Positions 12,888-56,407 of a stretch of 64,000 nucleotides of DNA are shown here, piece by piece; within the stretch, counting starts at the first letter, position 1, and the number at the start of each line of letters is the position of its first letter. The notes under the pieces were generated by a model. That model searched no databases and had not been told where the DNA came from. It was given only the letters and a program-made list of their open reading frames with translations. The DNA comes from Lingula anatina (taxonomy: Eukaryota > Animalia > Brachiopoda): contig CM120640.1 in the NCBI GenBank assembly GCA_051362555.1, forward strand, positions 42,448,788 to 42,512,787, read 5' to 3'. The position numbers and the translations under genes were made by a program.

Positions 12888-14190
12888 AAGCAGTACACGG
12901 CCCAGAAACTTACCTACCAAAAACCGCCATTGCCGGCTCCAAAGTCAATTTCCCCAACAATTAAGGTAAGAATTCCTTAACAAAGTATTTTTGAGTTTTT
13001 ACTGATTATAACTTTTACGATGACATTATATTTTTCAGGGTTTATTGCATTAGCAAGTCTTGAGTTTTAAGATCTGCATCGTAGCTCTGATACTGATAGT
13101 TTAACCTATAAAACTACTGGTAATTTCATTAGAAATCAGCTTCACGTTCATAATATCATAATATGGGCATTTTACAAAATTGGCCTTTATGTTTAACTAC
13201 TATCATTGAATGAGCATTATAAGTTACAGTTTTCAAATTCAGTTGTAACTTTTAACTATAAGCAGTTCTTTTTCACCGAGATTTTGGTTCCATTTTGTTC
13301 AGGGATTGTTGTATGATAGTGGATTGTTGTTATATCAGTGAAAATTATATCAGTGAAATCATAGACATGGAGATTAAGTCTGCCATGATTTACCCAGATA
13401 AGACTTGGTTTTTTTTTGATAAATGGATTTAGTTATTATTATTATGTTTTTTTTAACAGTTTGGAAGATATGCTGCCTTATTATTAGGAATAACTTATGG
13501 TTATATGCGCCATAGTAAGTAAATTATCACTTACAGTTTTGAATGAAACTTACTACCACATGTGGTTCAAATGTATAATATTAAAAAGAAAAAGAAAGTC
13601 TTCATTTATTTCAGTAAATATGCACATTAGTTAAGTTCAGAAAAATGAATGATTTATAAGAGTTTGAAGTGAAAAGATGTATCAAAGCTGAGCACTGGAG
13701 ACTTGATGTTTATCTGACTTTTCATTCATTGATGAGTAAAAGAAAGTTATTTTGAAACCTGGGATTGTTCTGAATAGTCTCAGTGGATATTTTTACTTTT
13801 GCAGATTATTTATTGAAAAAAGAAGCAAAAATTATGGCTTATGAAAAACCACGGCTTCAAGCGAGGAAGGCACAGCTTCAGCTTCAGAAACAAAGGGAAG
13901 ATTGGAGTAAGATATTCTTTTTTTCCTTAACAGTTGTAAAATTTGTTCACTGATGTACTTGGAAATACACTTGTAGTGAAATTATACTTTAAACAGCATG
14001 TTAAAAAATATTTAAGTTAGACAATATCATTATGAAAAGGATATTTTATGAATATAAGGAAAACAAAAACATTCAAAATCATGTCTTTCTTCAAATTACA
14101 GTCGCAATGATGAACTTAGCAAAGGAATGTACTGTAACACCCAAGAACCCCAACCCTCCAGACAACATCAAGCATATGCTAATAACATAG
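12882..14190 (+). CDS. ATP5ME: Mitochondrial ATP synthase subunit e, 109 aa, 4 exons
   Basis: Exons 12882-12965, 13460-13514, 13805-13906, 14102-14190 (GT-AG, phases consistent): MAKQYTAQKLTYQKPPLPAPKSISPTIKFGRYAALLLGITYGYMRHNYLLKKEAKIMAYEKPRLQARKAQLQLQKQREDWIAMMNLAKECTVTPKNPNPPDNIKHMLIT*. SPxIKxGRYxALxLGxxYG...NYL followed by a charged coiled coil is the subunit e signature. AATAAA at 14497-14502. Not in the ORF track. Confidence 0.92.
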
Positions 14191-14454
14191 ATTGGACTTT
14201 ACTGGGAATGGTACATCTGTTACAATGTCAGTTAGACTTGAAGTTAACACATTAGATTGCTAGTAGAATGACAATGTTAAGAACACCTGTATGGCACGAT
14301 TGCTGAATCACATCTGAAATGGCACCACAACAGTGAAAAACAAGACACGTGGTTGGTTTGTGCACCTAATAGAATTTGACAACTGAAGTTTTCTTTTGTA
14401 GTTGAATTTGATTGAAGTCCTCATTTCAGAGAACATTAATTATTAAATGGTTGC

Positions 14455-14502
14455 TTTATTTCCATATGTATGGACCTTGTGGTTGTTGGATGATAGAATA
14501 AA
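14455..14502. terminator. Crossed polyadenylation signals: plus-strand AATAAA 14497-14502 (ATP5ME) and minus-strand AATAAA 14460-14455 (candidate for the ASB gene)
   Basis: Both hexamers read directly. The plus-strand signal is followed by a GT-rich element (14520-14540). The minus-strand signal is the first AATAAA I could find downstream of the ASB stop. Confidence 0.55.
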
Positions 14503-14788
14503 ATGATATCAAGTTTCACTGTTGATGTTTGTTTTATATTGCACAAGGATCGGTGCAGAGCATGAAATTACTACTTCATGTGCAGTTGAAAAAAATTTCA
14601 GAAGAGCTATCCCCCCCCCCCCCCCCCCCTTTCTAACGAACATGTGATATTGAGAAAAATTGTGCATGCCTTTACTAGAAATCAAAATGCATCTCAGGTA
14701 GAAGTGGGGTACACAGATAAATCTCCATCATCCAGATATAGCTTTGATCAACTGTCAGTTGTTTAACCTCCACCCCTAAATCATGTTG

Positions 14789-14918
14789 CCTGCCTTCAAT
14801 TAAGGTGCATACCCAGGTTGAGGTGGGGTAAGGTAATTTCTCTGGTCCAAATATCCCTTTGATGAACTGTCAGTTTTACCCCACATCTACCTAGGGATGC
14901 ACCTTGATTAAAGGCAGG
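14789..14918. repeat. 130-bp imperfect palindrome (MITE-like) with an adjacent partial direct copy (14687-14775)
   Basis: Arms CCTGCCTTCAATTAAGGTGCATACCCAGGTTGAGGTGGGGTAA (14789-14831) and TTACCCCACATCTACCTAGGGATGCACCTTGATTAAAGGCAGG (14876-14918). Confidence 0.75.
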
Positions 14919-15371
14919 GCCTTAAATGGAATTAACAAAGCACAGACTGGTAATGGGTTCTTCATTACAGAAGTGATCCTAAAAACTTATTATGTGTGTG
15001 TCATTGAAATTCTACGTGATAAAAAAACTGATTATACAGACATACAATAGTAGTGCGTGACTTGTAGGTACCTTGTGCCTCAAGTCTTCATTATTTCTCA
15101 TTTTTTTACTGATCAGTAACCAGGTACAACTTCCTTTTTTTTCTGCCTCAAAGGAGATCATACTTAAATATGAACCCTGAATTTTGTTATGGATACAAAA
15201 TGCAATTGTTTCACTCCAATGCTGAAGAGACGGTACCTCAAATCAAAGTTAAGCAAAGTAAAGCACTTAAAATCTCTTGACAATGTACAGAAGGCAGCAC
15301 AACAGTTAAAAACAAGCTAGTCCAGACCCAGCTAGCCCTGTCACTTAGAGTCCAATTTTATGTTTAAAATA

Positions 15372-16628
15372 TCAGAACATATCGCATTCTTTCAACATGA
15401 TGTAGTCTCTAAGGTGCTGCTCCAGTGGGAGTTTTGTCACACCAAAGCCTATGTTACAGCCCAGTTGCCTGCGAATGTGAAGACGGGTGAGGTGTTGGAG
15501 ACTGGGGATGCCTTCCTGGTGTGCCAGCACCCAGCGGTATAACCCAGGACTGTTACTCTGCAGAAAGTGCATCTCCTGGCCCAGCCACTCCTGTCCAGCC
15601 ACTGTCAGAGTTTTGATGATGAAAAAGAATCTGTTTATGACAAGGCTGCAAAATATTTTGGGCCAGCTATCTGAGTAGAAGTGATTAAGGGCTGTAACAT
15701 CTATGGATTTTATGACCGGGACAATAATGCAGCGTAATGACTCCGGATCTATTTCGTGGTAGAAAAGAAGATGGTTCAAGATAACATGGAGTTCATCTGA
15801 AAATTGTGTTTTCAGGACATGTTCTACGATGTGAAATAGAACCCCAAAGGGATTTTCACACACTAGCAAGCCATTAGGGAGTTCTACATCAAATATTTCC
15901 TTCATCAGTAGAAAGGCAATACTAATCTTGCCAGCTTCTAAAGCTCGGAACAGTGGGGTGGTGCCATTGTTGTCCACAATGCCATATTTGGCTTTATGAT
16001 GGAGGAGTAATTCTACACACTCATAACCCCCAGCATCACACGCAGCATGCAGTGGAGTGGCCCCATCCTTATCCTGCGCATTTATGTCAGCTCCGTAGTG
16101 ATCTATTAACAGTTCAACAATTTGATCAAAGTCATTTCTAGCAGCAATATGAAGTGCCATTTCTCCTTTGGCATCTCTGCTGTTCAAGTCTGCACCATTG
16201 CTAAGGAGGATTTCTGCACACTCTAATGCTCCTGCTGTCACAGCTTGGTGTAATGGCATCTGTCCTGTTTTATTCCCTTCATTTACATCAGCTCCTGCCT
16301 GGACTAGCATTTGAAGGCAAACCTCATGCCCCTGCTCTGCTGCCATGATCATGGGGGTGGTATCTGACCATTCTGCATTATATCTAAAGTTAACCCCAGC
16401 TTGAAGAAGATGGAGAACACAGTCAGCATAACCTTTTGATGAAGCCAAAAGTAAAGCTGTGAATCCATCTTTGCCACAGACAGCATCCTTGTATTCTTCA
16501 TCCTGGACTATAATGTCAAGGTCTGATAAACGTCCATTGGCTGCAGCCTCAACCAGTTCTTTGCCTTTGTTTTTAGCATTTTGCCTTTCTTTGTCCCTCT
16601 TCAAAATTTTGGACTTCAAATTACCCAT
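15372..16628 (-). CDS. Ankyrin repeat and SOCS box protein (ASB family), 418 aa, single coding exon
   Basis: About 6-7 ankyrin repeats (GFTALLLA, TTPMIMAA, GQMPLHQA, GEMALHIAA, GATPLHAA, GTTPLFRA) and a C-terminal SOCS box IPSLQHLTRLHIRRQLG...LPLEQHLRDYI. The likely start is MGNLKS at 16628, 13 nt after the acceptor TTTTTCAG (exon begins at 16641). Confidence 0.93.
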   Translation of the reverse strand: MGNLKSKILKRDKERQNAKNKGKELVEAAANGRLSDLDIIVQDEEYKDAVCGKDGFTALLLASSKGYADCVLHLLQAGVNFRYNAEWSDTTPMIMAAEQGHEVCLQMLVQAGADVNEGNKTGQMPLHQAVTAGALECAEILLSNGADLNSRDAKGEMALHIAARNDFDQIVELLIDHYGADINAQDKDGATPLHAACDAGGYECVELLLHHKAKYGIVDNNGTTPLFRALEAGKISIAFLLMKEIFDVELPNGLLVCENPFGVLFHIVEHVLKTQFSDELHVILNHLLFYHEIDPESLRCIIVPVIKSIDVTALNHFYSDSWPKIFCSLVINRFFFIIKTLTVAGQEWLGQEMHFLQSNSPGLYRWVLAHQEGIPSLQHLTRLHIRRQLGCNIGFGVTKLPLEQHLRDYIMLKECDMF

Positions 16629-16744
16629 ATTGTAAAGGTGTCTGAAAAAGAGAAGAATGGCAGTGGGGACATTATTCGCAGATTTGTACTGGTATAGTGA
16701 GCAACAGAAGTTCACACTCACAACAGCTATCCACCCTTTTCCTT

Positions 16745-16748
<4 letters not shown>

Positions 16749-16782
<34 letters not shown>
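16749..16782. repeat. (GT)17 microsatellite in the ASB 5'-UTR intron
   Basis: Read directly; it explains the HTHTHT segment of the ORF-track protein. Confidence 0.95.
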
Positions 16783-16783
<1 letters not shown>

Positions 16784-16950
16784 GAGGACACAAAATTTAT
16801 AATGAGAAATGGTGGTCTATTTTCCATTAATATTTCCTTGTTCACCTAAATTTAAAAATATTGAACAGTAGCAGTTATGACAACTGTGTATTTCTTGACC
16901 TGTATGACACAAAATCTAAATAATTAACAGCCGAGTAATAACTTAAATGT

Positions 16951-16989
16951 GGCCTTATGTCCCACACGGGACGAAGAGGAATGATGATG
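16951..16989 (+). mobile_element. Extremely 5'-truncated RTE-type LINE/SINE 3' end (39 bp) with a 14-bp target-site duplication
   Basis: GGCCTTATGTCCCACACGGGACGAAGAGGA plus an (ATG)3 tail, with hairpin GTCCC-ACAC-GGGAC, flanked by AATAACTTAAATGT (16937-16950) and AATAACATAAATGT (16990-17003). GCCTTATG...GAAGAGGA resembles RTE-clade 3' ends (from recall). Confidence 0.7.
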
Positions 16990-18129
16990 AATAACATAAA
17001 TGTAATATCATACAAATTGGTATATAATGTATGTGGATTGGAAGAAAAATCCTTATGTATAGGATATTTGATATTAAAAAACTTAAATGTAATGTCTCAA
17101 TCTTTTTAATGAAAAAAATTGCAAATTTTACTGATGTGATGCATTAACAAAAGCAAGCTACCCAACAGTTTTATTCTATACAGTAAAAGCACCACAGATG
17201 CTATATAGAAATATGATTTTATGATTCCAAAATTAAATGTATCTGTAAGATGATAAATTTTTCCCATTGAAAAGATCAAGTCATTACCATATTACTTAAT
17301 CAGCTTTTACTTATAGTAAAATTTGCATGTTGCCGTTTCAACTTTCCTCATTAATGTGAAACCCAGGGAAGTGCTTAAGATGCAATCACAGTTTTCTAAT
17401 GCCTGTCATTTCTTGTGCATGGTATCTCTATCATCTTCAGTGGCCATGCAGTGAATTTTAATTCCCACTGACAGTTGAAGGTGTGTATTAGACCACAAAT
17501 AAATATAATGTCCTGTGATATAGTGCTTCCCACTGAACCTGGCAGAACTTCACTTCTTAATTTAGTACATTTAAACTCGACATACTGATAATACTAATAA
17601 TTCTCCTCAAACTGCCATTTACATATATAATTTTTTATAAAGCACATAATATGAGATTATGTATTTTTAAAAGACAACCTACAGCTTTAGTCTAGTCCTT
17701 TGACAGGTTTTGATATAGAAAAGGGCTTTTTAATATTAGGTGAGCATGTCAATGCCACAAGGCTATATGAGATTAAGATGGACAACATATAAACTGGATT
17801 TTTCGATTGATAACCAGTAATTTTCTTGTCAGTAACTGGGTGTAGCAATTAACCCAAGGGGCAGCGTCATATATTTCTTTCTTTTAACACTATCAGAACA
17901 AAGGAATCCCATTTTTTCCCCATTTTCTTATGAAAAATCTGACACTTATTCTGAATACAGAAAACCCTAAATTTACACAGACTCATATTTCACAGTCTAA
18001 CAAGAGCTTCACATTTGTTCACCAGTCAGAAAGCCAAGCCGTGTAAAAGTAACTTTTTCCTGTTGTGTTATACACCTCCATGAAACAATTTTCCAAACCA
18101 TTTTCATAAATAAATAAAAGAACAAGTAC

Positions 18130-18310
18130 CTGCAATCAATATTTGTCCATTATTCAGTCACTGTGCTCCACTGAACTGAATTAAATGGAACAAGAAGAAG
18201 TAGTGGATCTTAATCTTCAGGTAAACCGGCGCATCCCCTTGACGTGTGGCTAATGAGATGTGCTCATGACAAAAAGACTGCAGAGGCTGACTCATGGGGG
18301 ATGACAGGTG
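18130..18310 (-). promoter_or_regulatory. Candidate promoter / non-coding first exon of the ASB gene
   Basis: GC-richer island with a TGACTCA (AP-1) site near 18289 and a TGACGT (CRE-like) site near 18240, ending at a minus-strand donor CAG|GTACTT at 18130. The ASB coding exon begins with an acceptor, so an upstream exon is needed. The assignment is an inference. Confidence 0.3.
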
Positions 18311-20883
18311 TATATCTACAAAATCACTTTCACCTTGCCCTGGATCCAATTCAAGTTTCAATTAACGTCTGCTGCTTCCAGTTTGGTGCATGTATTAATT
18401 AACCCTACCGTGTTGTTCTACTGTTATGATCCAAGCCCCAATGTTTTCTTTTTCATCAATAAAACTGGTGATTGCCATACCTGCCTGTAGCCATTTGTAA
18501 TGAGTTTGCAGTCTGGTCATGCATTGTTGTCTCATCAAGCCAACTTTTCTGCTTCATCTTGTACAATCACATATAAAATCACTATGACAGGACAATGGTA
18601 CTTTTCAAAACATATAATTTAGTCAATACTGCATGTGGTTAACCACTCACCAGAATCAATAGTAAAAATCATAGTTTTTTTTTTTTTTTTTTTTTTTTTT
18701 TGTAGGCCACCAGGAGGTACCATTTATTAAGGGAGTGTGAACAATGCTGATTTCCCTAATGGGAATCCTGACCGGAATAATCCTTGTATAACTGATTGTG
18801 GGTGCCAAGGCATATTATATGACAACATATGTAATACAGACGTGAACATGAAAAAATTGTGCATATAAGACACCTTAATAATGACATAACAGATTAATTA
18901 CTTTTTTAAGAAGCACATTTCTTTTTCAGTTGTGACTTTGCTTTGTCATTTTGTTTACAAATGTTTAAAACTACAAGCCATGTCCCAGTGAAGCTACAGT
19001 CTAGTGTACAATATTAATGTGTATGCACCCTGAAAGATGTGGAGGGATAAGAGCCCATTTGAAGTCCTCAACTCCTCAAATGTTTGGGCTATTAAGCTGT
19101 ATGCAGGGCTACTTGTCTCTCAACCAGATAATAACCACTTTCACTTGTGTCTGACCAAATGTCAAACCTTTATCTCACAGACGAATCTAAGACTGCATTC
19201 AGATTATCACATCTTACTAGCTGGATCAGTCTAACTCTGCAGGGGGTGTTTGATAAAGTGTAATCAGTGGAGTCAGCTTTATTTTCTGACATGTTTCCTC
19301 GTGCAGCTAGGAAGTAATTAACTATTTTGTGCTGATTAAGCTGATTCCGCTGATTGCACTTTAGTGGAAGTCCCCTGCAGAGTTGCAGCCAGTGCGATTT
19401 TTGAATCTGAATGTGCCCTAACAAACACCCTGAGGTTCAGAGTAATTGTGGCAATTCACCTCTAAACTGCCATGCCGAAGCTGGGATTGTCTAATGGCCA
19501 TCACTGTTATTTCCCTGATTTTCAGGGTGCACATAAAACTAAAAAATTCCCTCAAAAAGAAATGGTGCAGCAATCTGATATTATGCTTTATTTATTTAAT
19601 CACCAACTGCATGAATCTCAAATCACCTAATACTAAAACATTTAAAATCTATAATTCCAACTGTGACAAAATTATTGATACATTGTTTTGCTTAATGTGA
19701 ACCAGTTAAAATACAGAAGCAGTAACATTACTCTTTGCAATTTTTGTATAAACTATTCAAACATTGTAACAAGAACAGGGCATTTAACCACACTCATGAT
19801 AAATTTGATTGAATAAGCATCATGTTCACTTTAAAGGATAACCACCCAAGAACCCAACATTTGCTTAGATAGTTACAGTACCAAAATATTACCTTTTTTA
19901 CCAAAAAATAAACCTTGTCTTGAATTTGGCAAAAGATGCAAAACTAACACATCACCCTTCATTCTCTGCCAGGACGAAGCAGAATATGTATTGTAGCACT
20001 GCAAATCAAAGTCATCTCACCATAAATTAAAATAATGTTAAATTCCTAACTCAATGCTACAGTAAAAACAATCTTAGAAAAATAACATTTACATGTAGAA
20101 ATGCCTATTAAAATGGATCAAACTACAGTATCACAGAAATGAGAGGACTATGCACTCAAGGTAAACCTTATTAAATGCTAATACTTTACAAGACTTAGTA
20201 TGAAGCTGGGAGGAAAGTAAGACTCTGTCCCTTATGTTTAGGATAACTCATAATTTTACAGATATCTGAACATTACAATATTTTAAATACTGCCAAACTA
20301 ATGCATACGAACAGAATCATACCTTTTGTCTTAGAACATGAAAGTCGTAACTAGTACAAAAGTGCAACTAGAAACGATGCAGAAACATAGAAAACAGATC
20401 TTAAATTCACTCAGAGGAAGTTTAAAATCAAATCAAATCATCCAATTCTGTCTTACACTGCCAATATCATGGTCAATTTATTTGTTTATATATTTCTTTC
20501 CCTCTTTTTTTGCCTGCATTTATTTATTTATTTATTTATTTTTTTTTTTGGGGGGGGGGGGGCATCCTTCATGAGTGCTGTTCAAGACCAGCAAAATGAA
20601 CATATTACCATACATACATTTGTAATCATAAGATACAAATATGTGAAACAACACAGTATAACTGCCAACTTCCCAACATGTCAAAAAACACAGGAGTCTC
20701 TTTTCCCTAAAAACATGGAACACTTTCAACATTACACCAACAATTAAAGAAACAGAGTGTTGTATGCAAAATAATTCATCCCTGGCATCATCAGTTACTT
20801 TGTAAAGAAACCAGTTTCAGTCAAATCTTTGACAATCTTCATTATTTTCCCCCTTGCTTGTTTCAATACCTCCTTTTCTCTTC

Positions 20884-53500
<32,617 letters not shown>

Positions 53501-53600
53501 TTCGTAGCAATCTAAAGCTTATTTGCGAAATTTAATGTTCCTCGCTCCGCCATGATAGTTTGATCACGTGACCATTCGACCTTTACCTTCATTGATAACC
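53501..53600 (-). promoter_or_regulatory. DNAAF9 proximal promoter / 5' UTR with E-box TCACGTGA (53564-53571) and an upstream ATGGCGG
   Basis: CpG-retaining region directly upstream of the start codon; palindromic E-box; ATG at 53553 opens a 13-codon ORF ending TAG at 53512. Confidence 0.55.
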
Positions 53601-56299
53601 TACTTTCTTTAAAAGTTTCATTTCTGTCTATGTGCGGGAAATTTAAAGTTGGATTTTTTCCCGTATGTTTTCTTTTCAACATTTCAATTGGATATAATTT
53701 TAAATCGGTAATAGCAGATAATTTGCTGTTGAAGCTTGTTATCTACGAGGTCAGGTAGAAGTTAAAATATCTATTTATATTTATGTTTAATGTGAGACAA
53801 CTACTATAATCTAGTTATAATAAAATAATCTACCAAATTGGATACATGGTTGATTTCAATATTACAGAGATAATATATACCTATTTCCCAGAACTGCAAA
53901 TTACCTTCTGGCGTGGAAATAGATACTGTAATTTCTGTCAGAGATATGAATTTTGAAATAGGCGCCGATGGGTGTGTGTGTGGGGGGGGGGGGGGGGGGG
54001 GGTCGATCCGTCGTTACAGCTAGGTCGTTTCCTGTAACAGAATTAATTAAAGGTAATGTAAGCCAAAGGGCTCAAAGCTGGTTAATATCTGCTAACTTCA
54101 CATATTAGAGTAAAATCAGCGGCGACAAGGATCCAAAATGGCCCACCCGGACTATAGGCTACGTATACGGCTTTTTCAGTTTCATGGAAACGGCGGAGAT
54201 GGCACTGTAGTAGGCGGATTAGGCCCCATACATCTAACATTATTTGGTGTGGTTTTTCATGATAGATTTCAGAAATGCAAGAAGCACGTCTAACCATGTA
54301 GCGATTGTGATATAATTTTAAAACTGAAAAACAAAAAAAGAATTCCGAAGTTATTGAGAGAAAAGAGAACAAAATTAATTCGAGTCCTCTTTATCAGAAT
54401 AAAAGAAAAAGAAAAAACATCTTCAAGGCCACCTCCCAATCCGATATGTCAGCGCTGGTCTTTTGGTCTTTTTTTTTTAACGTGCACAGCGGTGGCCAGG
54501 ATTGAATATGACATGAGGCTGTTATAAGCTGATTCCAAGTGAAAATGCGCTGTTACCCACGGACTTAGTAACAAATTTTCTATAATTGCAGAATCTGAGT
54601 TAAGTAAGGATTAGCATTAAAGTAGAAACAATATTTAAAAAAAACACATCGATTTTGATTTTGTTAGGTGAAAGGGTACGTCCTTTCGATACTTTCTATT
54701 TCTTACAGTTTATCTCTTCGCATTCTTCTCCCATGCATATGACGATTATGAAATATCAAAGTAGGCCTAATGGGTTTATTTTTCTTACCAAAACGTGAAT
54801 GACAATGATAAATACATAAATAGAGATAATTCTTCTTTGCTCTTCAGCTGAACAGTCTTAATTGAGAGGTATTCAGATTAGGCCTACGTTTGTAACGTGT
54901 TTTCAAACAAAAGGAAAAACTACACTCTTTCGGTCTGATAAAATATATATATGTCTCCCTTGGATTCTGGCGACAGACTGTTTTATAACATTGGTATAGA
55001 CAGGACAAAACAACGAATCTGTTTAATGGATAGGCCTATCCTTATTCTAATTCGGAGACGGGTTCAAATGTAGCGTAGGCCTACTCATTTGGGAGTCTAT
55101 AAATTTGTCGGACATTCAATTTGAGGTTGTGTACCGGATCTATCAACTATGCTCACTGACTTCAACCTCCTTTGGGCTGTGGCATCTGACCCACCCCATT
55201 TCCCTTATTTATTTATAGGCCCAGCGGGCAAAGTGAGAACGATCTTTTTTTACGTATTCCCCCTCCCATCTCTAATTTACGACCCATTTGTAAATATATA
55301 GTCTTTTCCGTTCTTGTAAAACTTGTTAAGGTGACGGCGATTTGGCCTATAGGAAATACTTTTCTTGAGGCGTTTGTTGACACCACGTACCAATGAAAGA
55401 GATGAGCCAGAGTAAATCGGTTGTAGGCCTTAATAGGTCTACTGGTCGCTTGACAATACATGGACATAGGCCTATATAGGCCTATATAGGTCCTATTATA
55501 GCTAGTGGGCCTAAACTTAATTTTGTAATCTGGGATGGATCGGGGGGGGGGGGGGGGTATTTGTATGTACGTCAAAACACTTTATACTATCAAATACGCT
55601 TTTTTTCGCTTGGTTCTTTCATGTTAACCTATACTTATTTTAATTTGAAGCCTATTCGGGGCCGCCTACTCGCAGCGTCCTCTGGCGCGATTGACTTTTC
55701 CTTTTAGAATTTACTTTTGGTTAAATCTGGAAGATATTTGGGACACAACTCATACTTATAAGCAAACATCTAGTTATTTTTAACATAAAGTCAAATCTGA
55801 TAAAAAAAATTGTGTTGTATTTTCATACACTGAGTCAGTATTTTTGGGTTGCACATGATTGCAGAGAGTTTTCCGAACCATAGCATAGGCCCCAAGTCAC
55901 ACCTGACACACTGCATAGATCTAGCCTATGTTGTATCCTGTTGATCGACACATAAATTAATTTTGATATCTTATCTAGCTGTATAATAAACGTATATATC
56001 TTAGGAAAGCAACAAGCACATTTTGAGTTTGGATAAAAGGCAAACAAACTGTTCAGCTCATGAAGTGAACGACTTGCGGAAAGTTGCCGATTTTAAGGTC
56101 AAGGTCAGGTGAAAAAACTGCATTCCACCGACGACGAAACAGACAGTGTAAGAAAATGTTTATGATAAACAAATCTGGGAGTTAAAGGGCGTAAAAAACA
56201 CATCTTAGCCTTAGCTGAATATCATTTTCAAAATTCAAAGCAATTTTATAAGTTGTCGTTTTTATTTCAAGACTTGCGCACATCCAACTAATTTGCAAG

Positions 56300-56407
56300 A
56301 CGTATCGCGCAGCAAGCCGGGAAGAGAACAGTGAAGAGGGGGAGTACGGAAACTTCGGCATATTTCTTCTAAAATAACCAAGGCACTTTATGATTGTAAC
56401 ATATATG
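56300..56407 (+). other. Probable first exon of an unidentified plus-strand gene whose first intron runs beyond the window
   Basis: CpG-rich segment ending ATG|GTGAGT, a strong donor at 56408. Downstream sequence becomes CpG-poor and T/G-skewed, the opposite skew to the minus-strand gene bodies. No convincing downstream exon was found. Confidence 0.45.

Noticed and set aside
16629-16793. N-terminal 55 aa of the 473-aa ORF (MCPQHTHTHT...)
   Set aside because: It starts at a non-ATG codon, runs through a (CA)n microsatellite and crosses a clear splice acceptor at 16642, so it is intron and UTR sequence.
54047-54420. TTAAAGG-starting CpG-rich segment as a second Kolobok-like MITE
   Set aside because: No matching right-hand TIR or TTAA could be found.
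55052-55080. GGTTCAAAT, a tRNA B-box-like motif
   Set aside because: No A-box or cloverleaf can be built around it.
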